Under the pieces are notes generated by a model that did not search any database, was not told the DNA's origin, and saw only the letters and a program-made list of their open reading frames with translations. Positions 26,318 through 37,342 of a stretch of 64,000 nucleotides of DNA are shown here, piece by piece. Within the stretch, counting starts at the first letter, position 1; the number at the start of each line of letters is the position of its first letter. The stretch spans positions 2,464,001 through 2,528,000 of the forward strand of contig OY821645.1 in assembly GCA_963682135.1 (NCBI GenBank), read 5' to 3'. The DNA is from Methanothrix sp. (lineage in GTDB: Archaea > Halobacteriota > Methanosarcinia > Methanotrichales > Methanotrichaceae). The position numbers and the translations under genes were made by a program.

Positions 26318-28634
26318 TGATTTTTCTCCCTGATTTGTTGTTGATTAACGAAATTGCTTTTTTAAGGTCCTGTTTAGCATTCTCAAATACTTCACGTTGA
26401 ATTTCCATTCGAATCGCTAAGACAACGAATACTGTGAAGGTGGTGATGAGAGCGAGTACTACTGACATCACAGTCACCACCCCGAAGTTGCTGATGATGT
26501 TGAAGGGCGATGCGATCAGGGCGGCAAAACCAAAGATCACGGTCATTCCCGACGCCATCAGAGCCGAACCTATACGGTTGGCAGTGATCTTCATTGCCTC
26601 ATAGGGGTCGCCGACATTGCCTAGCTCCTCATAGAAGCGTTCCATCATCAGTATGGCATACTCCGAGCCTACTCCCAGAACCAGAGCGCCTAACGTGGCC
26701 GTGAGAGGGGTGTACTTCATTCCGCCATAGTACATAACCAGGCCCATCCAGCCGATCACTACGAGCATGGGCAGCACAGGCAATAAGGCCTTGATGAGAT
26801 CTCTGTATATTATCAGGAGCAGGATGAATATCAGGACTAAGCCGAGCAGCGACATCTCCACTCTGCCTGATGTCAGAGCAGTCATGACCGTGGTCATAAG
26901 CACCGACTGGCCAGTTATCCTGACCGAAATCCCAGGTGGCGGGGTATTCCAGGCCAGGTCGTCTTCGTACGACGCGATCAATCGTGACATGCCCTCCGTA
27001 CCCAGATTGCTCTTGACATCGCCTATATTTACATCAACGACTGCGAGGTTATGGCCGCTCAGGTATGCATTGGTTACGGACGAAGGCAGAGTGGCAATTA
27101 TCTCCCTTATTCTCGTTTTATCATCCGGCAGCTCTCCACCATTGGCTGCTTTGACATAGGTGGCGATGCTTGTAGTTGCTTGCGTCCGGTCTTCTCTGGC
27201 TGTCAACAGGTAGCTCTGGAAATCATCTATCCACCTGAGATTTTCCGGGTCCGTAACATCGTCCGCCTGGATTAAAAAATTAATTGAGTCCGTCCCGCCA
27301 TAGATATTTTTCATATGTTTCAGATCAATCAGAGGGCCCAGGTCCTGGGGAATGTATTTCTCAGAATTCGTCTCTATGGGGACCAGTGTGTCTGCATAAT
27401 TTCCGGCAAGGGCGAAGATCAAAGCTACAGCCAGCACGGGTTTCCATTTTTCGATACTGTATGTTGCCATCTTCTGGACGATTGCCCCGAATGATGAGCC
27501 ATCCTCAGAATGGCCTCCCATCTTCTTCTTTCTGGGGGATCTTTTTTCTGACTGATAAAGGATTGTCACGTTCACAAAGAGGGCGGAGAGGTAGCACATG
27601 ATAAGGCCGATGATGCAGATCTTTCCGAAATCGTTGATCATAGGCACAGAGGAGCTGAGAAGCGAGACAAAGCCTGCCACAGTCACAGTCAGAGCGATTA
27701 TTACAGGAAATGCCACATGGTTTATGGTATTTATGGAAGCGTCTAGAATGGTTTCTCCTTTGCTCAACTCTTCATCTATCCGGTTGTGGAATTGTATGGC
27801 ATAGTCTATGCCTATTCCGATCATAATGGGAAACGCGGCAAATGTGACCATGCTCATCTTTATATGGAATAGACCCATGGCCCCGAAGGTCCAGATTATG
27901 CCCAGTAAGACTACGGGTATGGGAAGGAGAGACCATCTGACATGCCTGAAGAACAAAAGCAGAGCGACAACCATCAGCACCCCACACAGTGCAAGGATCG
28001 AGCCATTGCTACTGTTCATCAGCCCCGTAATTGATGCCTGGAAAGATGGGTCGCCCGTGACGATGGTGCTATACCCCGCAGGAAATTCTGCGAAATCTAG
28101 TGCATTATTTATTTCGAGGAGGAGCTTGCTTCGTTGTGCCTCAGAAAGGACGCCTGAAGTAGGCATGCCCACAATCATTCTGGAATGTTTGCGATCAGGC
28201 ATTAGGCTTTGGACAGCTGTGCCTGCGTTGGCCAGGATCTCGTCTATCCTCTCTTGAGAGGGGATACGGCGGATGCCGCTTATCTCATATTCCGCATCGG
28301 CTACGATGTCGGCTATGCTCGATACACCAGTAACATGTTCAACCTTCTTCATGTGATCGGACAGGCGCAGGCTGGCCGAAAGAACTTCGGCTTTTGCCAC
28401 ATCGTCGCCCTCTATCAGTATCATATTGCCATCAGAGCCGAAGTTTTCCTGATAGAGATGATCATATAGCTGATAGAGGGCCGAATCTTTTGACACAAAC
28501 GTCTCCGTAGTCATGCCCTGGCTCTCTATATTTTGTGCGTAGTGAAGAGAACCTAAAGTCATGAGAACTGTTATGGCTATGATTATTATCGGATTTCTGG
28601 TTATCCACGCACCTAATTGTTCCATGCCAATCAT
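26307..28634 (-). CDS. RND-superfamily (HAE3/MMPL) transporter
   Basis: Two repeats with GIGIDYAIQF and GVGSEYAILM, two extracellular loops. Confidence 0.9.
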   Translation of the reverse strand: MIGMEQLGAWITRNPIIIIAITVLMTLGSLHYAQNIESQGMTTETFVSKDSALYQLYDHLYQENFGSDGNMILIEGDDVAKAEVLSASLRLSDHMKKVEHVTGVSSIADIVADAEYEISGIRRIPSQERIDEILANAGTAVQSLMPDRKHSRMIVGMPTSGVLSEAQRSKLLLEINNALDFAEFPAGYSTIVTGDPSFQASITGLMNSSNGSILALCGVLMVVALLLFFRHVRWSLLPIPVVLLGIIWTFGAMGLFHIKMSMVTFAAFPIMIGIGIDYAIQFHNRIDEELSKGETILDASINTINHVAFPVIIALTVTVAGFVSLLSSSVPMINDFGKICIIGLIMCYLSALFVNVTILYQSEKRSPRKKKMGGHSEDGSSFGAIVQKMATYSIEKWKPVLAVALIFALAGNYADTLVPIETNSEKYIPQDLGPLIDLKHMKNIYGGTDSINFLIQADDVTDPENLRWIDDFQSYLLTAREDRTQATTSIATYVKAANGGELPDDKTRIREIIATLPSSVTNAYLSGHNLAVVDVNIGDVKSNLGTEGMSRLIASYEDDLAWNTPPPGISVRITGQSVLMTTVMTALTSGRVEMSLLGLVLIFILLLIIYRDLIKALLPVLPMLVVIGWMGLVMYYGGMKYTPLTATLGALVLGVGSEYAILMMERFYEELGNVGDPYEAMKITANRIGSALMASGMTVIFGFAALIASPFNIISNFGVVTVMSVVLALITTFTVFVVLAIRMEIQREVFENAKQDLKKAISLINNKSGRKINGY

Positions 28635-28717
28635 GCCAATAAAACCTTCTATTCGGAGTTTGTAGAACGAACCGAATAAGCGCAAAATACTTAAACTTTG
28701 TGATCGATTAGCATAAT

Positions 28718-29242
28718 GTGAACGATGAAGAAAAGCTGGCGCTAAAGAAGCCCATCATTGATGCTTGCGTTAAATCCGCCCAAAAAAATGGGTGGAGCGA
28801 TGCGATGGGGATACTCAGGGGCACCCTTTTCCTGGAAAGCGAACCTGTGTCTCTCGATACACTGGCCGAGAAGACCGGCTACAGTAAAACGACAGTGCGC
28901 TCCAATATGAGCTATCTGGAAAACCTCGGCATGGTGCGACGCGTGGTAGGTCAGGCTGGCAAGCAGCACCGATATAAACAGCATCGTTATGCACTGGAGA
29001 CGGAAACGGAAGCAATGAGGCCGGTGGTTCTGTCTGCGGCAAAAGTGGAGGTCCAATCGGTTTTGCAGGCGCTTAATCAGATTGAGAAGAATCTAGAGGG
29101 CCATAGAGATGTGGCTGAAGAAATGAGCACCATCGTGCTAAAGACAAGGCAATTTTATGAGGAAATGGATAGAATTTTGCGCCTCATGGACCGGTACACT
29201 CTGAAAGAGCTGATTGAGATCTTAGAGAGAAATAAGAAATGA
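28718..29242 (+). CDS. GbsR/MarR-type transcriptional regulator
   Basis: EPVSLDTLAEKTGYSKTTVRSNMSYLENLGMV winged HTH; divergent from the transporter. Confidence 0.85.
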   Translation: MNDEEKLALKKPIIDACVKSAQKNGWSDAMGILRGTLFLESEPVSLDTLAEKTGYSKTTVRSNMSYLENLGMVRRVVGQAGKQHRYKQHRYALETETEAMRPVVLSAAKVEVQSVLQALNQIEKNLEGHRDVAEEMSTIVLKTRQFYEEMDRILRLMDRYTLKELIEILERNKK

Positions 29243-29878
29243 ATGGCTAACGCCGATAGAATGACCGACCGCGCCAAAGAGCTTGAGGCGGCAGCCAAGG
29301 ACATTAATCCGGCAACCTTGCAGGCGGCCAAAGCTGCTATCGATATAAACTGCCGGGAATATCTGCGCTGGGCTCTGCTCTTCTCCCGCCGCCTGGAGAC
29401 AATAAAACCTGAGGAGCTGCATAATTTCGCCCGCGCTTTGAGCCTCACAATGCTGGGCCACCTGCCCACCCGGCCTTCCACCTGTCCATTTTGCATCCAG
29501 TATGGACATGAAAAGAGCTGCAAGGGATGCGGCTATGCGGCCACGCACGGGCGCTGCGATGCAGACGATTCCGCTTTCAGCCTTTTCATCGAGGCTTTCC
29601 AGGAGCTGGGAAGGTTGATCTACCAGGATATGACTGCAAGCCAATCAGCATGCCTTCCAGTCGATACAAAGAGACTGCTATTTGCGCTCCTGCAAGCATC
29701 CCAAGAACTGGCAAGAGAGATGCAAGAAGATCTTCCATTATTCTCAGCCTTACAGCTCATGAGGCAAAAGCAAATTTACATAAATCGTATGATTTTGCAG
29801 CTGCCGTTATGTCTCTTCTCGGAAGATGTGCAAAAGCAGTGCAGCGTCTTGCAGTATCGTCTGGAAGGATACTGGTAA
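29243..29878 (+). CDS. Hypothetical protein with Cys cluster
   Basis: CPFC-x8-CxxC-x8-C; abuts the regulator. Confidence 0.7.
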   Translation: MANADRMTDRAKELEAAAKDINPATLQAAKAAIDINCREYLRWALLFSRRLETIKPEELHNFARALSLTMLGHLPTRPSTCPFCIQYGHEKSCKGCGYAATHGRCDADDSAFSLFIEAFQELGRLIYQDMTASQSACLPVDTKRLLFALLQASQELAREMQEDLPLFSALQLMRQKQIYINRMILQLPLCLFSEDVQKQCSVLQYRLEGYW

Positions 29879-29952
29879 GTACTTTAAAAAAATAAAGAGG
29901 GAAACGTCAAGAACGGAGGAAGATGATGGAGCAATCTATTCTTGATCGCTCC

Positions 29953-30555
29953 TCATGCTGCATTTTCCAGATAGGCTCCCACCTCCTCTGATTCGGCGGC
30001 TTCAAAGCTAAGGTTAATTACAGACTCATAGCCTGCTTTGGACAAGCTCAATTCCCATGATCCGGGTGTTCCGCTGATGGCCGCAGCCCCGTTCGCATCT
30101 GTTATTGCGCTTATTTCGCTGCCGGCGGCATCTCGGCCCGTAATCTGAACGCCGGAAAGCTCGGTTCCATTCAAGCTTCCATCATAAACGTAGACTGTTA
30201 GCGTAATTGGCTGCGAAGATACCGTCTTTTTCAGATAAGCGGCAACTTCCTCGGTCTGCAGAGCATCATAAGACAGCTCGAGTGGCTGGTAGTTTGATTT
30301 TTCAAAGTCCAGCTGCCAGGTTCCGGGGCTGCCCTTAATAACGGCAACGCCGTCGGCGTCAGTTGTGGATGTCAGCGAATTTCCCTCTGCATCCTGACCT
30401 GTAATCCGGACGTCGGATAGCATAGTTCCGTTAAGATTGCCCTCGTGGACATAGATGCTTAGAGCGATCTCATCCTGAGCAGATGCAGCCAGCGCTGCAT
30501 AGCAGCCTATTAAGAGAAATGCCGCCAGCGCTGCCAGCAAGCGAAACGATTTCAT
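29953..30555 (-). CDS. Secreted protein with two carboxypeptidase-regulatory-like (transthyretin-fold) repeats
   Basis: Signal peptide; duplicated LNGT.LS.V.ITG.DA.G...TDA.G.A.I.G.PG.W.L. Confidence 0.75.
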   Translation of the reverse strand: MKSFRLLAALAAFLLIGCYAALAASAQDEIALSIYVHEGNLNGTMLSDVRITGQDAEGNSLTSTTDADGVAVIKGSPGTWQLDFEKSNYQPLELSYDALQTEEVAAYLKKTVSSQPITLTVYVYDGSLNGTELSGVQITGRDAAGSEISAITDANGAAAISGTPGSWELSLSKAGYESVINLSFEAAESEEVGAYLENAA

Positions 30556-30567
30556 TTTAGTCCACCT

Positions 30568-31152
30568 TTATCTCCCGTGGTCCATCATCGACTTCATGGG
30601 CGGATGTTCTGGGAAATGCTTCTCATCCAAAGGCCTGAGAGGTCCGTTATGCATCTTATGATGCCAACCTTCCATCAGGGACTTCTTGGGGGGAACTTTC
30701 GAGTGATCATGGTCCATTATCGACCTATGCGGAGCATTTCCGTCGGGACCAGCGAAGCCGAAATTGGCGCCATCATGCTGCCCATCGCCCGGTTCGAGAT
30801 GCGACCAGGGGGCCGGTTCGTCATGCGGCGCGCCTTGCGTGCCTGGTTCATTACCTGATCCATCTGGTGCATCGGAAGGAGGCTTGATAGGACCTTTGGC
30901 AACCATATTCTGAGGGAGTGTATTGCAGCCTTTGAATTTGGGCGCATCAGGTGCCTGATCCTGCATCATGCCGTTGCCTTGACCGAAAGGCGCACCATTT
31001 CCCCCAGACATCATGGCATTATCCTGCCCTGGTCCCATATTGCTTCCCTGATTGCCATTTCGTCCATCTCTCTCGCCGCCTTGGGAAAAGGCTGGCGTGA
31101 CGAGAATGCACATGGCAACCATCATTAAAATGCACTTTGCTTTTGTTTCCAT
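30568..31152 (-). CDS. Secreted low-complexity Gly/Pro/His/Met-rich protein
   Basis: Signal peptide (PAFS); GGAG/GGTGG upstream. Confidence 0.7.
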   Translation of the reverse strand: METKAKCILMMVAMCILVTPAFSQGGERDGRNGNQGSNMGPGQDNAMMSGGNGAPFGQGNGMMQDQAPDAPKFKGCNTLPQNMVAKGPIKPPSDAPDGSGNEPGTQGAPHDEPAPWSHLEPGDGQHDGANFGFAGPDGNAPHRSIMDHDHSKVPPKKSLMEGWHHKMHNGPLRPLDEKHFPEHPPMKSMMDHGR

Positions 31153-31510
31153 TTTTCCACCACTCTCCTAAGATATGCTCTCCTTAATGGGGCGCATATC
31201 ACCTTTGCTGCTGCCACTGAACGATATATTAAGTTGTAACAGAACGAACGATAGATTTCGCCTAAAGCAAGAATCGAATATCAAAGGCAATTTATGCGCA
31301 AACATCTAAAAAGGAACATTTAGGAACCATTGGGCTGCATTTAGAACCATTAAACGGCTTATGAAAACATTCTTCACAAAATCAACCTCGGCTGGCATCG
31401 TATTCGAGCTAACGAGAAAACGACAACAAGCAAGTGCGCACTTAAATAGTCGATAGGCTCGTCGCAATGAGGCAAAAGGTTAATCCCCATGGCCTTCAAT
31501 TCAGAGATCA

Positions 31511-32905
31511 ATGAGTGCATGTCCCAGCCCAGACATCCGAAGGTGCGCCCTGGTCATCGCCACTTTGACCTCTTTCCTGCCGCCCTTCATGGCATCCTCC
31601 ATAAACATTGCTCTCCCCGCCATTGGAGACGAGTTCTCCATGGATGCCATCCTATTGAGCTGGATTGCCACCAGCTATCTGCTTTCTGCTGCAGTCTTCA
31701 TGGTGCCCTTCGGAAAAGTGGCTGACATCTACGGCATGAAGAAGGTCTTTTTCATAGGCCTTTTCATATTCACGGCATCATCCCTGGTCGCCTTCTTTGC
31801 TCCAACTTCCATGATCCTTATCGGCTCAAGGGTGTTGCAGGGCATCGGCAGCGCTATGATCTTCGGCACGGGAACTGCCATTCTGGTCAGCGTATTCCCC
31901 TTGCAGGAGCGGGGCAAGATATTGGGAATCAACGCCGCTTCCGTCTACCTGGGACTATCATTGGGGCCTTTCTTGGGGGGACTTCTCACCGAATATTTTG
32001 GCTGGAGAAGCCTATTTCTGATCAACGTTCCCCTGGGACTGATTCCACTGGCGCTGGGACTGTGGAAACTTAAAGGCGAGTGGGCCGGAGCCAGGGAAGA
32101 CAGCTTTGATATGATCGGATCGGCAGTCTACAGCTTGATGCTCGTGGCCGTTATGTTCGGCTTCTCACTCCTTCCCGCGTGGGAAGGGGCAGCGTTGGTA
32201 CTGGCGGGAATCGTGACCTTTTTCCTGTTCATCCGCTGGGAATCGGGTGTGTCCTGTCCTGTGCTGGATGTGAGACTCTTTAAAAAAAATCGCGTCTATG
32301 CTTACTCCAATCTGGCGGCACTCATCAGCTACAGCGCCACCTTTGCCATAACCTTTCTGCTCAGCCTCTATCTGCAGTATATCAAGGGGCTCGCCCCCGA
32401 TCAGGCCGGGCTGATCATGCTGGCCCAGCCGGCGGTGATGGCCATATTCTCACCTTTTACGGGAAAGCTCTCCGACAGAATGGAGCCACGCCTCGTGGCT
32501 ACCGCAGGAATGGCACTCACATTTGTGGCCGTCTTAGCATTCGTGTCTTTAAACGGGGAGACAAGCATCTTTTTCATCGTAGGCTGTCTCATCACTCTGG
32601 GATTTGGGCTGGCATTATTCACCTCGCCCAACACCAACGCCATCATGTCTTCCGTAGAGCCGCGCCACTACGGCGTAGGGTCCGCCACTCTGGGAACCAT
32701 GCGTCTGGTGGGGCAGGTGGCCAGCATGAGCTTTGTCATGATGGTCTTCTCGCTGTATCTGGGGAAGGTGGAGATCACGCCCCTGTACTATCCGCAGTTT
32801 CTTTCAAGCGTCAGGGTGGCCTTTGCCGTCTTCTCTGCTCTGTGCATCCTGGGCATTTTTGCCTCTCTGGCCAGGGGCAAATTGAGAAAAGGAGAACAGG
32901 GATGA
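31511..32905 (+). CDS. MFS transporter (DHA2/EmrB-like, 14 TM)
   Basis: INIALPAI, GKVADIYG, RVLQGIG, WRSLFLINVPLG and GKLSDR. Confidence 0.93.
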   Translation: MSACPSPDIRRCALVIATLTSFLPPFMASSINIALPAIGDEFSMDAILLSWIATSYLLSAAVFMVPFGKVADIYGMKKVFFIGLFIFTASSLVAFFAPTSMILIGSRVLQGIGSAMIFGTGTAILVSVFPLQERGKILGINAASVYLGLSLGPFLGGLLTEYFGWRSLFLINVPLGLIPLALGLWKLKGEWAGAREDSFDMIGSAVYSLMLVAVMFGFSLLPAWEGAALVLAGIVTFFLFIRWESGVSCPVLDVRLFKKNRVYAYSNLAALISYSATFAITFLLSLYLQYIKGLAPDQAGLIMLAQPAVMAIFSPFTGKLSDRMEPRLVATAGMALTFVAVLAFVSLNGETSIFFIVGCLITLGFGLALFTSPNTNAIMSSVEPRHYGVGSATLGTMRLVGQVASMSFVMMVFSLYLGKVEITPLYYPQFLSSVRVAFAVFSALCILGIFASLARGKLRKGEQG

Positions 32906-33243
32906 TGAGAAAATAGGCGAGTGTCAAATGCAATAGTAATGTACGAAAGCGGCGAAAGCAGTGGCGGAGCACCCATCACAGGAATGTCTCTCAAGCCAAT
33001 TATTTTAATAATCTAAGATTAATGGTAATAGATAAAAATGGAAAGATTTCGCTAGAGGAATGGAATCCAAATGCGATTTAAACTATGACTTTACACGATC
33101 CATGCCCAGCCGAGAAGTTAATATAAACGATCCTGATCCCAATAAACCCTGAGACAAAACCCGCTCGGCGTACCGTGGCTCACGGTAATGACAAATACAA
33201 CAGGCACGCTGGTCCGGGGTGTAAGCCATCAACAGGAGAAGAC

Positions 33244-33588
33244 ATGACACAAACACCAAATCGCCGGATCGAAGAGCTATTATGTATGTCGGAGGAGCAG
33301 CTTTTCGCCGAATTGGGAAAGGCTGCGTTCGCTGATGAGTTTCTAGACTTTGGCCAACAGGTATCACGCGGAAAGATGTGGTTTAAACAGCAACATCAGA
33401 GAGTTTACAACACATTATGCATAGATTGGCAGCTCTGTAGGCGGATTGATGAGCCAAAACTAACTGATCAAACAGTGCTTGTTTCCACGTTGGCGGATGT
33501 TTTGGGTGAGCACTATGTGGGTATTCCGCTTTTTGCGATAAGTACCCTCATAGTAAAACTTGGTGCTCGAGAGTTTTGTCATTGCTAA
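33244..33588 (+). CDS. Hypothetical 114-aa protein, first gene of a two-gene unit
   Basis: AGGAG SD before ATG 33244; ends LIVKLGAREFCHC. Confidence 0.65.
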   Translation: MTQTPNRRIEELLCMSEEQLFAELGKAAFADEFLDFGQQVSRGKMWFKQQHQRVYNTLCIDWQLCRRIDEPKLTDQTVLVSTLADVLGEHYVGIPLFAISTLIVKLGAREFCHC

Positions 33589-33639
33589 ATATCCTAACCT
33601 CGGAGGAAAGTCAATGTCAGAATTCTGCGACTATGCTGC

Positions 33640-34896
33640 TAGTGTTTAGCTTCCAAAATAACATAGCAATATATTAATACTTGGAACTCAATCAGAGATC
33701 ATGCCATTTGTGAGTAAGCGGCCTGCTCTGCAATTAACTGAAGAAGAGCTTGAGTGCCTTAATAAAGCTAGCAAGTCAAGAACGCTCCCTGAAAGAGCAG
33801 TAGATCATTCCAAAATCCTTCTTGAGTATTATGAGGGCAAATCAATTTCGCAAATTGCACGAGACTTAGAAACCAATCGGCCTAAAATTGAGCGTACGAT
33901 TGACAAAGCCTTCGCCTATGGAATATATGCAGCATTGGAAGATCTTCCAAGAAGTGGCAGACCACGAAAAATATCCTCAGGCGCAAGAACATGGATTCGT
34001 CTCTTGCTTGCTCAAAACCACTAGACCTTGGATATTCATATGAATTATGGACACAAAGTTTATTAGCAGAACATATTCGGAACCATTGTTTAAATAATGG
34101 GTTTCCAGAATTATCAAAGTTATCTCGCGGAACCGTCTCAAAAATACTTGGCGCTAGCAACGTAAAGCCTCATAAAATTTCATCATACCTTGCTCCAATC
34201 GATCCGGAATTTGAGCCGAAGAGCGTGGTTGTACTACATACCTACAAGCAGGTAGAATTGCTTCAACAGATGTCCAAAGAAAATAAGCCGCTCGACATGG
34301 TTATCATTTCATACGATGAGAAGCCAGGAATTCAAGCTATTGAAAATAAATATCCCGATTTAATGCCTGAGTCAGGTGAATATGCCACGCTTTCTCGCGA
34401 CTATGAATATATAAGGCACGGAACAATATCCCTACTTGCAGGGATTGATCTCTTAACCGGGACTGTCCATTATAAGATATTCGACAGGCATAGAAGTAGG
34501 GAGTTCATTGAATTCTTAAAATGCGTCGATTCAGCCTATCTGAAAGATATAAAAATAATTATTATTCTTGATAATGTTCGCGTACACACATCTAAGGAAA
34601 CCAGGAGATATCTCAAAACAGTTCCGCAACGCTTTCATTTTGTCTTTACACCAAAACATGCCTCATGGCTAAACATAATCGAGAGCCTATTCAGCAAAAT
34701 GACTCGAAGCATGCTGAGAGGGATTCGTGTATCATCCAAAAAAGAGTTGAAAGATCGCATGAGTCAATATATAGACGACATGAATGAAACTCCAACAATA
34801 TTTAAATGGAAGTACAAAATGGATAAAATGGCTGGCGGGATTGTTGCTGACAAGGACGGCGGAGTATTGATATGTTAATTTAGAACTGTAATACTA
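33640..34896 (+). mobile_element. IS630-family insertion sequence
   Basis: Imperfect terminal inverted repeats TAGTGTTTAGCTTCCAAAATAAC / GTTAATTTAGAACTGTAATACTA; TA duplication. Confidence 0.9.
33701..34878 (+). pseudogene. IS630 transposase with frameshift near 33995-34000
   Basis: HTH (LEDLPRSGRPRKI) in one frame and DDE (SYDEKPGIQA, ILDN, SWLNIIE) in another; no obvious slippery site. Confidence 0.85.
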
Positions 34897-36481
34897 GTAA
34901 TAGATACGCTGCCCCAGTAACAAGTGTTTTTCTTAACCTCACTTTAGATCAGTTCGAACAGGCTCTCAATGCAAATGAAGGAGAAGATACGCGTAAAGTT
35001 TGGCATGAGATTGCTCACTTCTGGCTCTTATCTGGTACTAGTTTTGGATACCTATCGCAAGTTAACCATCAGTGGATACAGATGGCACGAGTAATCGCAA
35101 TGCTTCGCTTTTTTAAGGATGGAAGAATTAAATTACCCATTATGGACACTGAGCCTGAATTTAACGGTGGTTCGTTCAAAAAGGCAAAAAAGTATATCAC
35201 CATAGCCGATCAGTTGGCTGGAGCAAACCCAGTGCTGTCAGAAGAGACTTCTGCCGATAATTTCCAACTATTAAATGGATATTCTCCTGGACAATCCCCA
35301 TTACTAAAACTCGCTGTCGACGCTCCTGGATGCGAATTGCATGCGACACTAGGCATAAGGGCACTAGTAGAGGGTTTCGCTGAGGCGGCAACTAGGTTTT
35401 TGCTTAATGGAGACGAAAGAATAAAAAGACAAGAGCGTTTAGATCCTCCGCGACAGGATAATGGATTTACCAGTGTGGATTATATACTTGCCGAGGAGTA
35501 CTTTTTTTTTGAGTTGGGGGATATTATTTCGCCCGATCTCCGTACGATCGTGTTTCTAGAGTTGGTACGGCTCGCGTTAATGATTCAATCGTCAGATCTG
35601 ACCGAGGTTTGTAACAATCCAGGTTATCGCTTTCTTATCCTGCTGACTGCCGCCAAGACAATCGAAGGTCCTAAATCCATTGGGCAAGAATTGAGGCATT
35701 ATTTGGATCGTATATGTAAACAAGCTAATCTGTTATCCGCAAAGGATTGTCAAGAATACTGGCGTGATGTGGCTTCAAAGGATAATTTACGATTCGCAAG
35801 ATTCAAATTCATGGGATTCTCGGGAGAACGCGTTGTCAATGCATTCCATGAGTTGATGGAACCAGAACTAAGGGATTCTTGGACTTCATTCCAATTCTTA
35901 AAAGAAGGTAGACATGCTCTTTTTCGAAGAGTTCCTCCAAGGCTTGTGCATTTAAAGGATACCCTTTGGCATCCAGACATGGAACCTGAAATGGGCGCCT
36001 ACAATCCATATCCAGATCATACAGCGTTCTTGTTTTACTCAATTTGCGAGCAGCTCGGACAGCAGAAATTTGTTGAATGCCCTTACAAACGTTCACAGTC
36101 ATCGTATCTTTGTGGCTGTGATTTCGAAAAAATTGCCAACGAACGCTCTATTCAATGCTCTATTCCAACCAAGATAACGGTAGATAACGTAAAGTGCTCC
36201 TTTTTAAAGACATGGTCTCAATTGGATTTCTCCAAGAATACTAAAATACCATTTGATTTCTGATTTTCATTGTGATAGGAAAACTCAAATCTTGACATCC
36301 ATTATAGGGTATTCCGGGTACAGAGGAAGGACAAACGTCCTTCCACTTGACCTTTCTTTTTCTATTGATTTCTTTGTCCAGTTTTGAGGCACCAAGTGCA
36401 ATTTCTGCTTAGTTCCTTATATACCACCATACAAACTCTAATCTGTATATGAACTGATGGTACAATGCTATCGGTCATAAT

Positions 36482-36754
36482 TTGGAGCACCGTTTAGTCC
36501 CAGAGGGTAGGTATAAAGCCCTGGCAGAGGCCGAGGCCCTCAAGCTGCGGGCCCGGCTGGAGGACCTGACCGTGTGGGAGATGAAGAAGGTCAAGCAGAG
36601 CCGTAAGGGCTCCAGGACCTACAGCTACTGGATGGCCTCCTGGCGCGAGGGCGGCAAGATGCGCAACGTGCACCTGGGGGGCAGCAGGAAGATGGATGCC
36701 GAGGCTGCCAGGCAGAAGGCCAGGGCGATGAAGGCGGAGGCGCTGGGGATATAG
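36482..36754 (+). CDS. Small basic protein or fragment, putative nucleic-acid binding (beta-sheet plus helix, arm-binding-like)
   Basis: YSYWMASWREGGKMRNVHLG...AARQKARAMKAEALG; sharply GC-rich, probably 5'-truncated. Confidence 0.55.
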   Translation: MEHRLVPEGRYKALAEAEALKLRARLEDLTVWEMKKVKQSRKGSRTYSYWMASWREGGKMRNVHLGGSRKMDAEAARQKARAMKAEALGI

Positions 36755-36785
36755 GCGTCGTGGTTGAGCGTATATTGTGATAAGA

Positions 36786-37244
36786 ATGGAAAACATGGCG
36801 GGTAAAATAAGCAAAAGATATCAAACTCAATGGGCTGCTCAATTCTTCGTTGCTGCCGAGCTAACACGTCGAGGATACCAGGTGGCTCTAACATTAGGCA
36901 ATGCAGTATTCACAGATCTTATGGTTGAAAGCCCTAGCGGTCGCCATTTCGACGTGGATGTAAAAGGCCAGTCCACCAAAGGCTATTGGTTGATCAAGCA
37001 GCAAATGCCCGATGATAATAGGTACTATATTCTTGTCTACATCCCCCGAGACTCAACAGAAGCTCCACAATACTTCATTATCTCTTCATCAGGGATAGAC
37101 AAACTCATAATTCAAGAGATACATGATTCCCATAAAAGACTTGAAGAAAAAGGAAAAATATGGGATCCCAAAGACAATAGGTTCTCAGGAATCAAGTGGA
37201 TTAAAGCGCTTGAATACAAGGATTGGGAAATACTTCCAAAATAG
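36786..37244 (+). CDS. PD-(D/E)XK restriction-like endonuclease
   Basis: FFVAAELTRRGY..., TDLMVES...DVDVKG pattern. Confidence 0.7.
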   Translation: MENMAGKISKRYQTQWAAQFFVAAELTRRGYQVALTLGNAVFTDLMVESPSGRHFDVDVKGQSTKGYWLIKQQMPDDNRYYILVYIPRDSTEAPQYFIISSSGIDKLIIQEIHDSHKRLEEKGKIWDPKDNRFSGIKWIKALEYKDWEILPK

Positions 37245-37342
37245 CCAAAGATCGATTATTGGTGATGATCTCCAAAGTGATGGATCTGAAAAGCACTCCT
37301 GCTGAAATTATGTAGGCTTGTCCTCGCATCTCCAGGGCCACC

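Larger units (their letters stand above)
33614..36263 (+). pseudogene. HEXXH (gluzincin-like) metalloprotease gene interrupted by IS630
   Basis: GGAGG then ATG 33614; 9 codons, then the IS; the frame resumes at 34896 in frame with ORF 35082..36263, giving WHEIAHFW and later ALVEGFAEA. Confidence 0.8.

Noticed and set aside
33160-33235. Riboswitch upstream of the 114-aa gene (TACCGTG-GCT-CACGGTA hairpin)
   Set aside because: A single hairpin with no recognisable aptamer consensus.
33985-34024. Programmed frameshift in the IS630 transposase
   Set aside because: No slippery heptamer at the shift; it looks like a 1-bp deletion in WIRSLAC.
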